Shown: piece by piece, positions 1 through 10,546 of the stretch
How positions within the stretch are numbered: position 1 is the first letter of the stretch
How the letters are laid out: the number at the start of each line of letters is the position of its first letter
Assembly: GCA_963667285.1 (NCBI GenBank)
Contig: OY763326.1
Span: forward strand, 4,847,546-4,911,545
DNA from: Alphaproteobacteria bacterium
Lineage (GTDB): Bacteria > Pseudomonadota > Alphaproteobacteria > MPNO01
Length of the DNA stretch: 64,000 nucleotides
Direction: 5' to 3'
Made by a program: the position numbers and the translations under genes
The notes under the pieces: model-generated
The model's input: the letters and a program-made list of their open reading frames with translations, nothing else
Told to the model about the DNA's origin: nothing
Databases searched by the model: none

Positions 1-63
1 AGCGTCCGTTCCAACCGGGCCCGGAACGGCTACGCGACCGAACTCCCTCGAAGGACCGCACCC

Positions 64-260
64 ATGCCCGGCACCTACGACTATCCCGCCGAGATCAAAC
101 GCGACGAGGACGGCCGCCATGTCGTCGCATTCCCGATTTCGGGTGGGACGCGACGGAGGGCGCGACGCGCGACGAGGCGCTGGAAGAAGCCACAGACCTG
201 TTGCGCGAGCTGATCGCCGCCACGAACCGCGGGGACAAAGTTCTACCGGAGTTGCCGTAA
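64..260 (+). pseudogene. hicB: HicB-family antitoxin, frameshifted/truncated
   Basis: ATG at 64 reads MPGTYDYPAEIKRDEDGRHVVAFP. After a 1-nt shift near 135 it continues DFGWDATEGATRDEALEEATDLLRELIAAT, the typical HicB N-terminal pattern (V.FPD...T.G.T.EEAL..A...L). Stops at 258-260. Confidence 0.7.
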
Positions 261-505
261 GGCTCAAAGGCGCCCGTTGGTCGTGCCCCGGTGCTGAGCG
301 CACGGCAGCCGGCCCGCTACTAACGCTAACGCTAGGGCGGACTCTCGTAACGCCGCCTCGGCCCTGAACACCACAACGTCCAAAGCAACACCCGCCGATG
401 GGGGGCACTCGGCCAAAGTTTCTTTTTCTTTCCAACTGGAAATCTCTTAGCATCTGCACCATACATCCCATATCTTTGATCAACCAGTCTGGGCAGGCAC
501 ACGAT

Positions 506-1234
506 ATGGACTTCGATCAAATTGACTTTTCCGATTTGCCAGCAAATCGGGAAATGGCCTTTATTAACTTGGAACGTCAACTCAAACAGGCTTATGAAGT
601 CAGTTGTGAGAATGACAGACAAAGCCATCGCGGACAAGATGGAATATACACTGGCGAATATGAACCAGAACGCAATTACGTATCAGCTATATTAGCCTTT
701 CTCGATGAACTACGTCTCGATATTGGAGCTCAGGATATTTCTGCCTACTCATGGGACGACGGCCAAGAATTCATGCAGTCGTTCTCGGCCTTCAGGCAGA
801 AGGTGTATTATGCGGTTACTCGGTTTAAGCTGCGAATGGTACGAACCGAAAGCGGCGCCGCTGGTACTCTTCTCGACATTCGATCTGAGTATAAGGTTGA
901 AATCAGCAAACTCTTAACAACAATCAGAAAGATAGTGAATCAGGAAATTAGCGATGAGAACAAGAAAGACAGAATACACCGGAAAATAGCCGCCTTACAA
1001 CTGGAAATCGACAGAGAACGGTCTACCATAGATACACTGTTTAGCGCGGCATTAGATTTCACTCGGACGATCGCGGAATGCGCAGAAAACCTTACACCAC
1101 TCCTAGATAAGGCAGAGCAGGTGAAAAAGCTTATCTGGGATAATACACGGCTACCGCCCTCTCTTCCTGCAAGACATGAGGTGGGATTGATTGAAGATCG
1201 CTCTGACGATTCTGATGATGAAATACCACATTGA
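506..1234 (+). CDS. Hypothetical, predicted helical protein in an AT-richer segment
   Basis: Long ORF (398..1234 in track, likely start MDFDQIDFSDLP at 506) in DNA visibly more AT-rich than the rest of the window. No family recognised. Confidence 0.7.
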   Translation: MDFDQIDFSDLPANREMAFINLERQLKQAYEVSCENDRQSHRGQDGIYTGEYEPERNYVSAILAFLDELRLDIGAQDISAYSWDDGQEFMQSFSAFRQKVYYAVTRFKLRMVRTESGAAGTLLDIRSEYKVEISKLLTTIRKIVNQEISDENKKDRIHRKIAALQLEIDRERSTIDTLFSAALDFTRTIAECAENLTPLLDKAEQVKKLIWDNTRLPPSLPARHEVGLIEDRSDDSDDEIPH

Positions 1235-1828
1235 TTTCATTTGTTACTTGTTTGACCGATAGCGGTGAACGTTTATTTATTCTCTGCTAGGAATGATGGT
1301 TCCCAACAACTCTAATTGTACAGTCGGCCTGCTACAGTATGCGGCGTGTCGAGGCCGTATCTGACATCCACATTAGAGCATTAATCATGAGCTACGTCCT
1401 CTGCCACCCGGTGGGTCGCGCGTTAGTATCCGTCGGCGACGAGGCCTTGAGCGAGGCCGTCTCCTCGCTACACCGCTTTTGATGCTCGATCAGATGGTGC
1501 TCAGGCTTCTGGCGCCGCTAGGGGACCACGGCTACGTCCTGCCTGGGAATCTAATCGACATCCTCGACTCGACGGAGCGACGGGAGCGGATCGAAGAGGC
1601 GAAGGAGCGTCTGGGGCTGGCGTGATCGGCCCGCTCGGATCGCGCTCATGACGAAGGGGAGGGACGCGATGAAATGACATCGTCAAGACCATATCGCCCC
1701 GTCGCCGGACACCGGGTCCGGAACGGTCCCCATCGTGGCGCGGCCCTCTGGAAACTCGTCTGACAGGCGAGTACCGCGCGAGATTACGGCTCATTGGGAG
1801 GAGAAGATGAGACCTTTGAATTCTCATT

Positions 1829-1866
1829 CGCCTACTCCCGTAGCAGACGCCTACTCCCGTAGCAGA
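1829..1866. repeat. Perfect 19-bp tandem duplication (CGCCTACTCCCGTAGCAGA x2)
   Basis: Read directly: 1829-1847 and 1848-1866. Confidence 0.9.
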
Positions 1867-1957
1867 CAGCGCAGAAAAGGCGCCGTGTAGTCCGTGCCGT
1901 GAATGTAAAGCTCGTCCGGGTTTATCGTGCCGGGCTTGAAGTAGATCACGACGCGAT

Positions 1958-2686
1958 TCAGAAACCGGCGCACCGCGCTAATGTCCGCCCGCCTAAAGCC
2001 GGATAGGCCGCCAGCCCGTCCGTTGAGGCACGGGCGATCGCCCCAACATGTAGCAGCGCGCCGTCGATGACCGGATAGCCCGGGTCGCGATCCTCGAAGG
2101 CGAGGAACAGGTCGGTGCCGGCGAGCAGCACCGCTTCCGCGCCCTGTCGTTCGACCAGATCGCGGCCTATGCGGAAAAGGATATTGCGCCCCGCTTCGGT
2201 GACGGCGCCGGCCCTGGCAAGCGCGATATAGGCGTCGTGGACGGCCTTTAGATCGTCGCCTTCCGGGATTGCCGTTTCGACCCCGGCCAGGCCGCCGTAA
2301 ATACCGCTGGTCATCGCCACTGCCGTGCCGATCAGGCCGATCTTCCCGATGCCGCGTTCGCTCAGGCCGGCGGCGATTGCCGGCACGACATTGAGCGCCG
2401 GCAAGGGCGAGATCGGCTCGAAGGCGCAGAAGCAGTAATGCCCGCCGATGGAGGAGATCGCCACCGCCCCGGCGCCGGCTGCCTTGAGACGTTCGGTGAG
2501 CCCGACAAAGACTGCCGCCTGCGCCTGGGCATCGCCCGCCTCTGCATTGGCCGCCAAGCCGTGCGCGTCGGCATGGACGATGGTAAGTTCCATGCGCCGG
2601 CCCGCCGCCTCGTGATGCTGCACAAGATGGCGGTAGTAATGCGCCGTCGCGGCAGGTCCGATGCCGCCGATCAGTCCGATATGCAT
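1958..2686 (-). CDS. Aspartate/glutamate racemase-fold protein lacking both canonical catalytic cysteines
   Basis: Start MHIGLIGGIGPAATAHYY with GAGGAGG RBS. SSIGGH and AGTDL occupy the positions of CNTAH and GCTEL. Confidence 0.85.
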   Translation of the reverse strand: MHIGLIGGIGPAATAHYYRHLVQHHEAAGRRMELTIVHADAHGLAANAEAGDAQAQAAVFVGLTERLKAAGAGAVAISSIGGHYCFCAFEPISPLPALNVVPAIAAGLSERGIGKIGLIGTAVAMTSGIYGGLAGVETAIPEGDDLKAVHDAYIALARAGAVTEAGRNILFRIGRDLVERQGAEAVLLAGTDLFLAFEDRDPGYPVIDGALLHVGAIARASTDGLAAYPALGGRTLARCAGF

Positions 2687-3233
2687 GGGCACCTCCTCAA
2701 CAGGCGCCTTGGCGGCCCGGAGGACACCCCATCGCCCGGCGCTCTCCGCCACTTGCTTTCCGCACTAACAGCGAAAGCCCGACAATGAAAATGCCGATTG
2801 AGAGAAAATGCATGATGCGAACGTATCCGGCAGGCCCTCCGACACTTCCGGTCTGCATTGCGGGCTTCCCTGCGCCGATCGCTTCCAGCTGGACGATCTT
2901 CCTCCCAGCTTTGCTTCCCGCACCTTGGCTCTCGGCGAAAGTCTCCCGATGATCGGGAAACTACTCTGGCATATGCGACGCGGGCGGACGGGCGCTCGCG
3001 GTCCGGCGAGGCCCGCGGCGGGGCTCGGGCTACTCTGGAGAGGGCACGATCAATCGTGGATCGCGCCGAGAGGGACGGGCAACGTATTCGCATCGCACTC
3101 GGTAAGCTCGACACGATGATTGACCTCTTGGCCGGCGAGGCAGTCGAAGAAGAACTGTCAGATGTCATCATGCGGGCAGATGATGCCGGACGGGCGCTTG
3201 ATGAGCAGGAGTTTGAAGTTGCGGTTCTCTAAA

Positions 3234-4105
3234 CCGGGATTCCCCATATGGAACACTTCCAGCCCGTTGAGTGTGGTTCGAAACCGCTCGATGTGCAACT
3301 TGCCTTCGAATGACGGCCATCTTCGCGCCGATCCGGATGATTGAGGACCAATTGGCGGCGTTGGTGGCGCGGAATGGCATTTTTGCCGGCGATCCGGGCG
3401 CACCGATCATGTCGGCGGCGACGGGAAGGAACGGGGTGCCGTCGCTCATGCCGGGGCTGGCGGCGGTCTGAGCCGGTCGATTCGGCGCAGGATGTCGGCG
3501 AACAGGTCACGAGGAATGACAACCTCGGCCATCTGGAACGTGACGTAGCGCCCGTGGCGCACGACCTTCGCTCCGATCTTGATGAGCTTCTCTCGCAGGC
3601 TGGTCAGTGACCACTGTTCCACGGCATCGGGCAGCGCGAGGGTGCGCATGAAGTTGCCGAGGTTGTAGGCGAGCGCGTGAAGCTGGAGGCGAACGGCATT
3701 GTGGTCGAACCTGCGGCACGACAGGCGTGTCCACCGGATCGCGTTCTTGCCCTCCTTGATCCATTGCTCCGCCGTGCCGCGCCGATTGTAGAACGCAACC
3801 ACCCGCTCGGCGGGGCGGCCCAGGTTGGTGACAATAAACCCGACCCGCGGGTACAACTCACCCGGATGCCACTCGACCTTGGCGACGACGCGGCGGGGCT
3901 TGTCCCAGGTTCCGGCCTGATAACTGAAGCTGGCATGATACCGGCGTATGTCCTTGGGCGGCCTGCCGACGGGGCGCTTCAGGAGATGAGCGATGCTCTC
4001 TTGCAGCACCTTGTTGGCGGGCAGCCGGATGGCGTAGAGCATGCCGTCGGCTTCGAGGTAGTCGTAGATCTCCGGTGAGGCGAAGGCCGCATCGCCGCGG
4101 AATGA
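3234..4105 (-). mobile_element. IS1380-family element, 5'-truncated (right end plus transposase C-terminal half)
   Basis: Transposase frame FRGDAAFASPEIYDYLEADGMLYAIRLPAN...FYNRRGTAEQWIKEGK...NAVRLQLHALAYNL ends at 3446. A probable element end CCGGGATTCCCCA lies at 3234. Similarity is lost upstream of ~4105. Confidence 0.88.
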
Positions 4106-4222
4106 CCCGTTCGCCGCCGCGCTCCAACGCCCCCCCGCCCCCCAACGTCATGCCCGGGCGCCCTCTGGCGTCCGGCGCGGCGCTTTCGTAGAGTCGGGCC
4201 GTCCTCCGGGCAATCCGCAGGA

Positions 4223-5044
4223 GTGGAGATGATCCGTTCGCCGAACCATACCGTCGAGGCCGCCGTGGCCGACGGTGTGTGCACCGTAACCCTGTCGCGG
4301 CCGCAGTCGCTGAACGCGATCGACGGCGACATGGCGACGGCGCTCCATGCGGTGACCGAGGCGGCGGCGGCGGACCGGGCGGTCCGCTGCGTGCTGATCC
4401 GCGGCGCGGGCGATCACTTCATGGCCGGCGGCGACATCGCGGCGTTCCGCGCCAGGCTCGCGGAGATTCCCGGTTCGGAAGACCGGCGCGCCCATTTCGA
4501 GGCCTTCGTGCACCGCGTCCATCCCACGATCCGGGCGCTGCGGGCGATGCCCAAGCCGGCGGTCGCGGCGGTGCACGGCGCGGTGGCCGGGTTCGGGATG
4601 AGCCTGATGTCCGCCTGCGACCTCGCGGTGGCGAGCGAGACCGCCTTCTTCACCCTCGCCTATTGCCATATCGGCGTCAGCCCGGACGGGTCGTCGACCT
4701 ACACCCTGCCGCGCATCGTCGGGCTCAAGCGCAGCTTCGAGATGGCCTATCTCGGCGAGCGCTTCGGCGCGGAGGAGGCGAGGGCCATGGGGCTGGTCAA
4801 CCGCGTCGTGCCCGAGTCCGGGTTCGACGAGGCGGTCGACGGGCTCGCGCGCTGCCTGGCGGCGGGCCCGACCCGCGCCTACGCCAACGCCAAGGCGCTG
4901 CTCAACGCCTCCGGCGGGCGTTCGCTCGACGAACAGCTCGACGCCGAAGCCGCCGCCTTCGCCGACTGCGCCGCGGGCGGGGACTTCGCCGAGGGCATCG
5001 CCGCCTTCCTCGACAAGCGCACCCCCTCCTTCACCGGACGCTGA
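4223..5044 (+). CDS. Enoyl-CoA hydratase/isomerase (crotonase), PaaG-like
   Basis: FMAGGDI oxyanion loop, AVHGAVAGFG, IGVSPDG and C-terminal EGIAAFLDKR. Start is GTG 4223 or ATG 4229. Confidence 0.9.
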   Translation: MEMIRSPNHTVEAAVADGVCTVTLSRPQSLNAIDGDMATALHAVTEAAAADRAVRCVLIRGAGDHFMAGGDIAAFRARLAEIPGSEDRRAHFEAFVHRVHPTIRALRAMPKPAVAAVHGAVAGFGMSLMSACDLAVASETAFFTLAYCHIGVSPDGSSTYTLPRIVGLKRSFEMAYLGERFGAEEARAMGLVNRVVPESGFDEAVDGLARCLAAGPTRAYANAKALLNASGGRSLDEQLDAEAAAFADCAAGGDFAEGIAAFLDKRTPSFTGR

Positions 5045-5062
5045 CGCCCCGTCCCCGGCTCC

Positions 5063-6016
5063 TCAATGGCCCGCCGGCGGGTCGCGGCGCACCGGCCAGG
5101 GCTTGTCGGAGACCACGGCGGGGCGCACCCGCATCTCGTCGGCGATGTCGATCACCATCAGGTCGTAGCCGATCTCGATCCGGCCGTCATACCCCTCGCC
5201 GACCTGGGCGAGCGCCGGGCCGATCACGTCGTCGTTGTTGTACATGTGGTAGATCACCCCGAGCCGGGGCCGGACGGCGGCCAGCACCTCGCCCACCTCG
5301 CGCGGCGCGGTGTGGACCTGTTCGGCGATGATGCGGGCAAGCTCGATCGGCCTTCCCGCCTTGTCGGCATAGACCTCGACCGGGGGGAACGCCTCGTGGA
5401 TCAGCAGGTCGACGCCGCTCGCCTTCTCGATCAGCGCGTCGCATTTCTTGGTGTCGCCGGAGAACACCATCGACCTTCCGGCGTAGTCGATGCGGATGCC
5501 GAAGGTGTTGTGCGGCGGGGTGTGCACTACCTCGAAGGCGGCCACGCGGATGCCGTCCTCCTCCCACACCGTGCCCTCGCCGTAATCCGTCGCCTCGATC
5601 TCGGAGCCCTGGAGGGAGTCGAACACGCGGCGCCGGGTCTCGATGTCCCACGCATAGATCTCACGCAGATGCCCGACGATGTCCTCCGTCCCGGGCGGAC
5701 CCCAGACCCTGAGCGGGCGGCGCCGTCCATAGGTCCAGCCGCCGATCCAGAACTGGTCCAGCCCGCCGATGTGGTCGACGTGATGATGCGTGAGGAAGAC
5801 CTTGTCCACCTCGTCGAACGGGATCTCCAGCGAGGTGAAATTGGCCGGCGTCCCCGAACCGACATCGAGCAGCATCTTGTGCCGGCCCGCCTCGACGAAC
5901 ATGCCGGCCGCCGCCTGGCCGCGGCGCGGGAACGGCGTGCCGGTGCCGAGCAGGGTGACCCGCATCGCGCCCGGCTCCAGCGGTTCGCCGGGGTAGAAGA
6001 CGTGCCGGTTCTCCAT
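5063..6016 (-). CDS. MBL-fold metallohydrolase (RNase Z/arylsulfatase-like)
   Basis: LLGTGTP, LLDVGSG, THHHVDH (HxHxDH), FSGDT, LLIHE and HT motifs. Confidence 0.88.
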   Translation of the reverse strand: MENRHVFYPGEPLEPGAMRVTLLGTGTPFPRRGQAAAGMFVEAGRHKMLLDVGSGTPANFTSLEIPFDEVDKVFLTHHHVDHIGGLDQFWIGGWTYGRRRPLRVWGPPGTEDIVGHLREIYAWDIETRRRVFDSLQGSEIEATDYGEGTVWEEDGIRVAAFEVVHTPPHNTFGIRIDYAGRSMVFSGDTKKCDALIEKASGVDLLIHEAFPPVEVYADKAGRPIELARIIAEQVHTAPREVGEVLAAVRPRLGVIYHMYNNDDVIGPALAQVGEGYDGRIEIGYDLMVIDIADEMRVRPAVVSDKPWPVRRDPPAGH

Positions 6017-6200
6017 CGCTTCTCTCTCCGTCGTTTGGCGGGCGGGACATCATAGACGGGCGGCCGCGGGCAGGGAAAAACCGCTCCGGGAGACGGGTTA
6101 CAGCCCGCTGGACGGCTGTTATCATGCGCGGCGGAATCGGGCCCCCGGTCGCGCGGGCGGGCCGGAAACCCGACGGACAACCACAGGGAGCAGCTATCCG

Positions 6201-7214
6201 ATGAAACCGACCTTTGGATCCCTTGCCGCGGCCGGGGTCGCGGCGCTGACGGCGGCGGCGATCGCCCTGCCCGCCCAGGCGGCGACCGAGCTCAAGGTGA
6301 CGACGGCGCTCGGAACCAAGCACGACCAGTCGCAGGCCTTCCTCGAGACCTTCGTCAAGAAGATGAAGGAGGACGAGAGCGAGGTTACGCTGAAATATCT
6401 CGGCGGACCGGAGGTAACACCGCCCCGCAAGCAGGGCGCGGCGTTGAAGCGGGGTCTCATCGACATCATCATGTCGCCGTCGACCTATTACTCCGCCGCG
6501 CAGCCCGAAGCGAAGCTGACCGGGATCTCCAACATTCCGCCGCAGGAATGGCGCAAGAACGGCGGCTACGACCTCTTCTCCAAGGCGTGGGCCGAGCGGT
6601 CGAACGCGATCATCCTCGGATGGGGCAATTTCTACACCACCGAGCAGTTCTCGATCTGGCTGATCGACAAGCCCAAGCTCAGCAAGGAGACCGGGCTTGA
6701 CATCAGGGGCCTGAAGATGCGCTCGACCGCCCTCTACACGGCCTTCTTCAAGGCGATGGGCGCTATCCCGAAGACGATCGACCCGGCCGAGGTTTATACC
6801 GCGCTCGAACGCGGCGCGGTCCAGGGCCTTGCCTGGCCCGAAGGCGGGGTCGCGTTCCGCGGCTGGCAACGCTTCATCAAGTACCGGATCTTCCCCGGCT
6901 TCTTCCGGTCGACGACCATGGCGACGATGAACAAGGACAAGTTCGAGAGCCTGTCGAAGAAGGCGCAGGCGCAGATTCTCGCCGCCGGGCTGCATTACGA
7001 GAACGCGTCGGGACAGATCCTCAAGGCGAAGGCGAAGATCGACAACGAGAAGATTCGCAAGGCGGGCGTGCAGGACTATCACCTCCCGCCCGAATACGCG
7101 AAGATCTACATCAAGACGATCCTGGGCGCGAAATGGGCCGAAGCCGAGGGACAGAAGTTCACGATCCCCTTGAGCGAAATGAGAGCCAAGCTGTACAAGG
7201 CGGCCGGAAGTTGA
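6201..7214 (+). CDS. dctP: TRAP transporter substrate-binding protein (DctP family)
   Basis: Signal peptide ending AQA, GLKMRS (conserved Arg), EVYTALERGAVQG. Confidence 0.9.
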   Translation: MKPTFGSLAAAGVAALTAAAIALPAQAATELKVTTALGTKHDQSQAFLETFVKKMKEDESEVTLKYLGGPEVTPPRKQGAALKRGLIDIIMSPSTYYSAAQPEAKLTGISNIPPQEWRKNGGYDLFSKAWAERSNAIILGWGNFYTTEQFSIWLIDKPKLSKETGLDIRGLKMRSTALYTAFFKAMGAIPKTIDPAEVYTALERGAVQGLAWPEGGVAFRGWQRFIKYRIFPGFFRSTTMATMNKDKFESLSKKAQAQILAAGLHYENASGQILKAKAKIDNEKIRKAGVQDYHLPPEYAKIYIKTILGAKWAEAEGQKFTIPLSEMRAKLYKAAGS

Positions 7215-7241
7215 TCCGACCCGACCGATACACGAGACTCC

Positions 7242-7273
7242 AGACGCCGCCCTCCGGGGCGGCGTCTTTTTTT
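7242..7273 (+). terminator. Rho-independent terminator after dctP
   Basis: AGACGCCGCCC-TCCG-GGGCGGCGTCT followed by a T-run. Confidence 0.85.
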
Positions 7274-7360
7274 CCGGGGTAGCGGCTTTCTCCCGACCCC
7301 CTCGCGTCACCCCTCCATCGTCATGACGACAGGGAGCGCCGCCCGCCCCCCTCGGCCCCG

Positions 7361-8533
7361 CTACGCCGGCGCGAGCACCTCGTTGCGCGACGGAATCTCG
7401 ACCACCTGCTCGGCGGGATCGCGGGCGGTGCCGGGCGGGTCCTCGCCGCGCTCCATGGCATCGATCGCCTCGCGCAGGCGGCGGCGGAACATCGCGACGC
7501 CGCGGTCCGAGCTCGCCAGGTGTTCCAGCGCGTGGCGCGCGATCGCCCGCTGGCTCACCTGCGCCTCCCAGTCGTCGGGCGCGCGCTGCCGCTCCTCGTA
7601 GCCGCGCACGACCGGCGCGTCGGGCGGCTGGAAGATCTTCTTGTCGGGATCGATGCGCTCGACGTGGAAGCCGATCGTGTTCCCGTTGTCGACCGGCACC
7701 CACCAGCCGACCATGCGCGCACGTTCGGTCTCCTCGGGGTCGGTACCGGTCACCTCGGGCGGCGGCACCGACCGCGCGGTCGGCACGAAGACGGTCGAGA
7801 TCCGCGTCAGCCGGTGGCCGTTGTCGAGATCGCTGGTGCGGATATAGGACACGTGGCGGTCCGAATTCACGTAGTCGTAGCGCGGCGGCACCGCCATCAC
7901 CTCCGAGAATTCGAAGAGCCCCGGATTCCAGCCATGCAGGATGTTGGTATGGACCGGGTCGACGGCGTTCTCCTGGAGCTGCAGCCAGTTGCACGCCGCG
8001 ACCTCGCCCCGGCTGTAGTTGCGGTAGGCGAGGTACACCGCCTCCTCGTCCTCCAGGACGTCGTAGCGCGGCAATAGCGGCTTTTTCTCCAGCGGCCCCA
8101 TATAGGCGAAGACCAGACCCATGTATTCCTCGGCCGGGTACCAGGGCTGGCGGATCTCCTCCCTGTAGCGGCTGTGCGCGGGCTCGCCCGGCTGGTCGAG
8201 GCAGCGCCCCTCGCGGTCGTAGAGCCAGCCGTGATAGCAGCAGCGGATGCCGTTCTCCTCGATCCGGCCGTATTCGAGCGAGGTGCCGCGATGCGAGCAA
8301 TGCGCGCCGAGCACGCCGACGCGGCCCGATCTGTCGCGATAGGCGACCAGCTCCTCGCCCAGGATTTTCAGGAATTTGGGAAGCTCGCCGAGCTCCGCCG
8401 ACAGGCAGACCGGTTGCCAGTAGCGCCGCATCAGCTCGCCCATCGGCGTGCCGAAGGCCACATGGGTGAGTCTCGAATCCTCGTCGGGGACGATCGCGTT
8501 TCGGCCGTAGCCGGACCCGTCTGAATCGCTCAT
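7361..8533 (-). CDS. Rieske non-heme iron oxygenase alpha subunit (phthalate 4,5-dioxygenase/LigX-like)
   Basis: GTPMGELMRRYWQP, CSH...CCYHGW Rieske ligands, ENAVDPVHTNILH iron site, EHLASSDRGV. Confidence 0.92.
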   Translation of the reverse strand: MSDSDGSGYGRNAIVPDEDSRLTHVAFGTPMGELMRRYWQPVCLSAELGELPKFLKILGEELVAYRDRSGRVGVLGAHCSHRGTSLEYGRIEENGIRCCYHGWLYDREGRCLDQPGEPAHSRYREEIRQPWYPAEEYMGLVFAYMGPLEKKPLLPRYDVLEDEEAVYLAYRNYSRGEVAACNWLQLQENAVDPVHTNILHGWNPGLFEFSEVMAVPPRYDYVNSDRHVSYIRTSDLDNGHRLTRISTVFVPTARSVPPPEVTGTDPEETERARMVGWWVPVDNGNTIGFHVERIDPDKKIFQPPDAPVVRGYEERQRAPDDWEAQVSQRAIARHALEHLASSDRGVAMFRRRLREAIDAMERGEDPPGTARDPAEQVVEIPSRNEVLAPA

Positions 8534-8555
8534 CCGCCTCTCTCCTTCCCCCGTC

Positions 8556-9863
8556 TCACATCAGGCTGGGCAGCCAGAGCGCGACGCCCGGGAAGGCGAC
8601 CAGGATCAGGATCAGGATCGTGTCGCAGACCAGGAAGGGAAACGCGGCGCCGGCGACCTGGATGATGGTCGTGCCCTTGGGCGCGACCCCCAGCATCACG
8701 TAGAGCAGTAATCCGAATGGCGGGGTGGTCCCCGCCATCTCGATCGTGATCAGGACGAACAGCCCGTACCAGATCAGGTCGAATCCGAGCGCATGCGCCA
8801 GCGGGAAGAAGATCGGCACGGTGATCAGCATCATCGACGTGGCGTCCATGAACATGCCAAGCAGGATCAGGACGCAGAACATCATCAGCAGGATGATCAG
8901 CCGGTGGAGCTCGTAGCTCGTCACCCACTCGATCAGCCCCTTGCTGGCCCCGGAGAAGGCCAGCATCTGGCTGAACACGGTCGAGTTCATCAGGATCAGG
9001 AACACCATCGCGGCAACCCGGACGGTCGCCTCGACGGCGGTCTTCATCGATCCGTAGGAGAGCGTGCGGAACAGGGCGGCCAGGATCATCACGCCGAGCA
9101 CGCCGCAGGCCGCCGCCTCGGTCGGCGTGGCGATGCCCAGGATGATGAAGCCGACCACCATGAAGACGACCAGCCCCATCGGCAGGATGTTGGTCGATAC
9201 CATCCTGACCCGGGTGCCGGGGGTCATATAGGGCACGTCGTAGGCGGGCGCCGAGCCGGGGTTGCGGACGAGCTGGAGCGTGATCATCGCCGCGTAGAGC
9301 GCGGCGAGCAGGAAGCCGGGCAGGAAGCCCGCGACCAGCAGCCGGCCGACGTCGATCTCGGCGATGGCGGCGAGCAGCACGCCGAGCGCGGATGGCGGGA
9401 TGATCATGGCGAGCCCGCCGGTGCCCAGGATCGGCCCCATCGACATCTTCTTGCTGTAGCCGCGCCGGTCCATCTCCGGCACCATCAGCGAGCCCAGCAT
9501 CGCGGTGTTGGCCATCGACGAGCCGGTCAGCGTCGAGAAGATCGACCCGCCGGCCACGGTGAGATAGCAAAGCCGGCCAGGCAGGCGCCCGAAGATCGCA
9601 TCCAGCCCGTCGAACACCCGTATCGCGAGCCCGGTGTGGAAAAACAGCGAGCCCATCATGATGAACATCGGCACCGGGCCGAGAATGAACCGGGTGATCA
9701 GCTGGGTCGAGTTGTCGGCCACCTGGATCAGCCCGGCGGTGCCGGCGAAGATGGTGACGGCGATGAAGTTGGTGGCGATGAACGCGAACGCCACCGGAAC
9801 GCCCAGCGCCATGAAGGAAATCACCATGCCGAGCAGAAGGGCGAAGGCCCAGTACCATTCCAT
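8556..9863 (-). CDS. dctM: TRAP transporter large permease
   Basis: Polytopic membrane protein with GGLAMIIPPS, ATPTEAAA and TTPPFG. Confidence 0.93.
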   Translation of the reverse strand: MEWYWAFALLLGMVISFMALGVPVAFAFIATNFIAVTIFAGTAGLIQVADNSTQLITRFILGPVPMFIMMGSLFFHTGLAIRVFDGLDAIFGRLPGRLCYLTVAGGSIFSTLTGSSMANTAMLGSLMVPEMDRRGYSKKMSMGPILGTGGLAMIIPPSALGVLLAAIAEIDVGRLLVAGFLPGFLLAALYAAMITLQLVRNPGSAPAYDVPYMTPGTRVRMVSTNILPMGLVVFMVVGFIILGIATPTEAAACGVLGVMILAALFRTLSYGSMKTAVEATVRVAAMVFLILMNSTVFSQMLAFSGASKGLIEWVTSYELHRLIILLMMFCVLILLGMFMDATSMMLITVPIFFPLAHALGFDLIWYGLFVLITIEMAGTTPPFGLLLYVMLGVAPKGTTIIQVAGAAFPFLVCDTILILILVAFPGVALWLPSLM

Positions 9864-9866
9864 GGC

Positions 9867-10394
9867 CTACACCCCTTCCCGCACGTCCAGCCGGCTGCCG
9901 TACATGTCGTCCAGCCCGATCAGGAAGCGGAAGAACTCGACCGCCATCAGGAAGAACCCGAACGGCATCGGCAGATAGAGCGTCCAGAGAGGGAAATAGG
10001 CGCCGCGATCGTCGAGCTCCTGGAAGAGGAACGCTTCGTACCACAGCTGCACGGAGAAATAGACGAAGGCGAGGCACCCGACGATCGCCACGAGATAGGC
10101 GAACCTGGCCACCGCCCGCTTGACCGGCGGAGGCAGAAGCTGGGTGAGGGCATCGACGAAGACATGGCCCTTGATGCGTACGAGCCACGGAGCGGCCAGC
10201 ATGGTGAACCACAGCAGCCCGTACTCGACCAGCCCGTGGGTGCGGTCCCAGGGAAGCACGGGAAGGCCCCACCCGGCGAGGATGGTCAGCCCGACATCGG
10301 CGACGATGACCACGAAGACCGCAAAGATGATCAGCCCCGAACCGGCCTTGAACAGGTTCAACAGCCACAGATGGGCCTTGGCGATGGTGTCCAC
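9867..10394 (-). CDS. dctQ: TRAP transporter small permease
   Basis: About four TM segments, KGHVFVD, directly upstream of dctM. Confidence 0.88.
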   Translation of the reverse strand: MDTIAKAHLWLLNLFKAGSGLIIFAVFVVIVADVGLTILAGWGLPVLPWDRTHGLVEYGLLWFTMLAAPWLVRIKGHVFVDALTQLLPPPVKRAVARFAYLVAIVGCLAFVYFSVQLWYEAFLFQELDDRGAYFPLWTLYLPMPFGFFLMAVEFFRFLIGLDDMYGSRLDVREGV

Positions 10395-10546
10395 GAATCC
10401 CCCTATCTCCCGCCGCCCCCGGAGACCGGTCTTGGCGGTTGCGCTCGGGGAACACTTTAGCGGCCGGAGCGAGGCGGTCCAACCGAGACCCGGGGGCGAC
10501 GCCGAGCGTGCTTGTCAGCATGGCGGAGCCGTGGCAGCTTCGCCCC

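Noticed and set aside
2808-3232. Short ORFs before the IS1380 end
   Set aside because: Possibly a gene fragment, but no credible start or recognisable family.
5063-6016. Housekeeping RNase Z
   Set aside because: The catabolic context and apparent lack of the tRNA-binding arm favour a small-molecule hydrolase.
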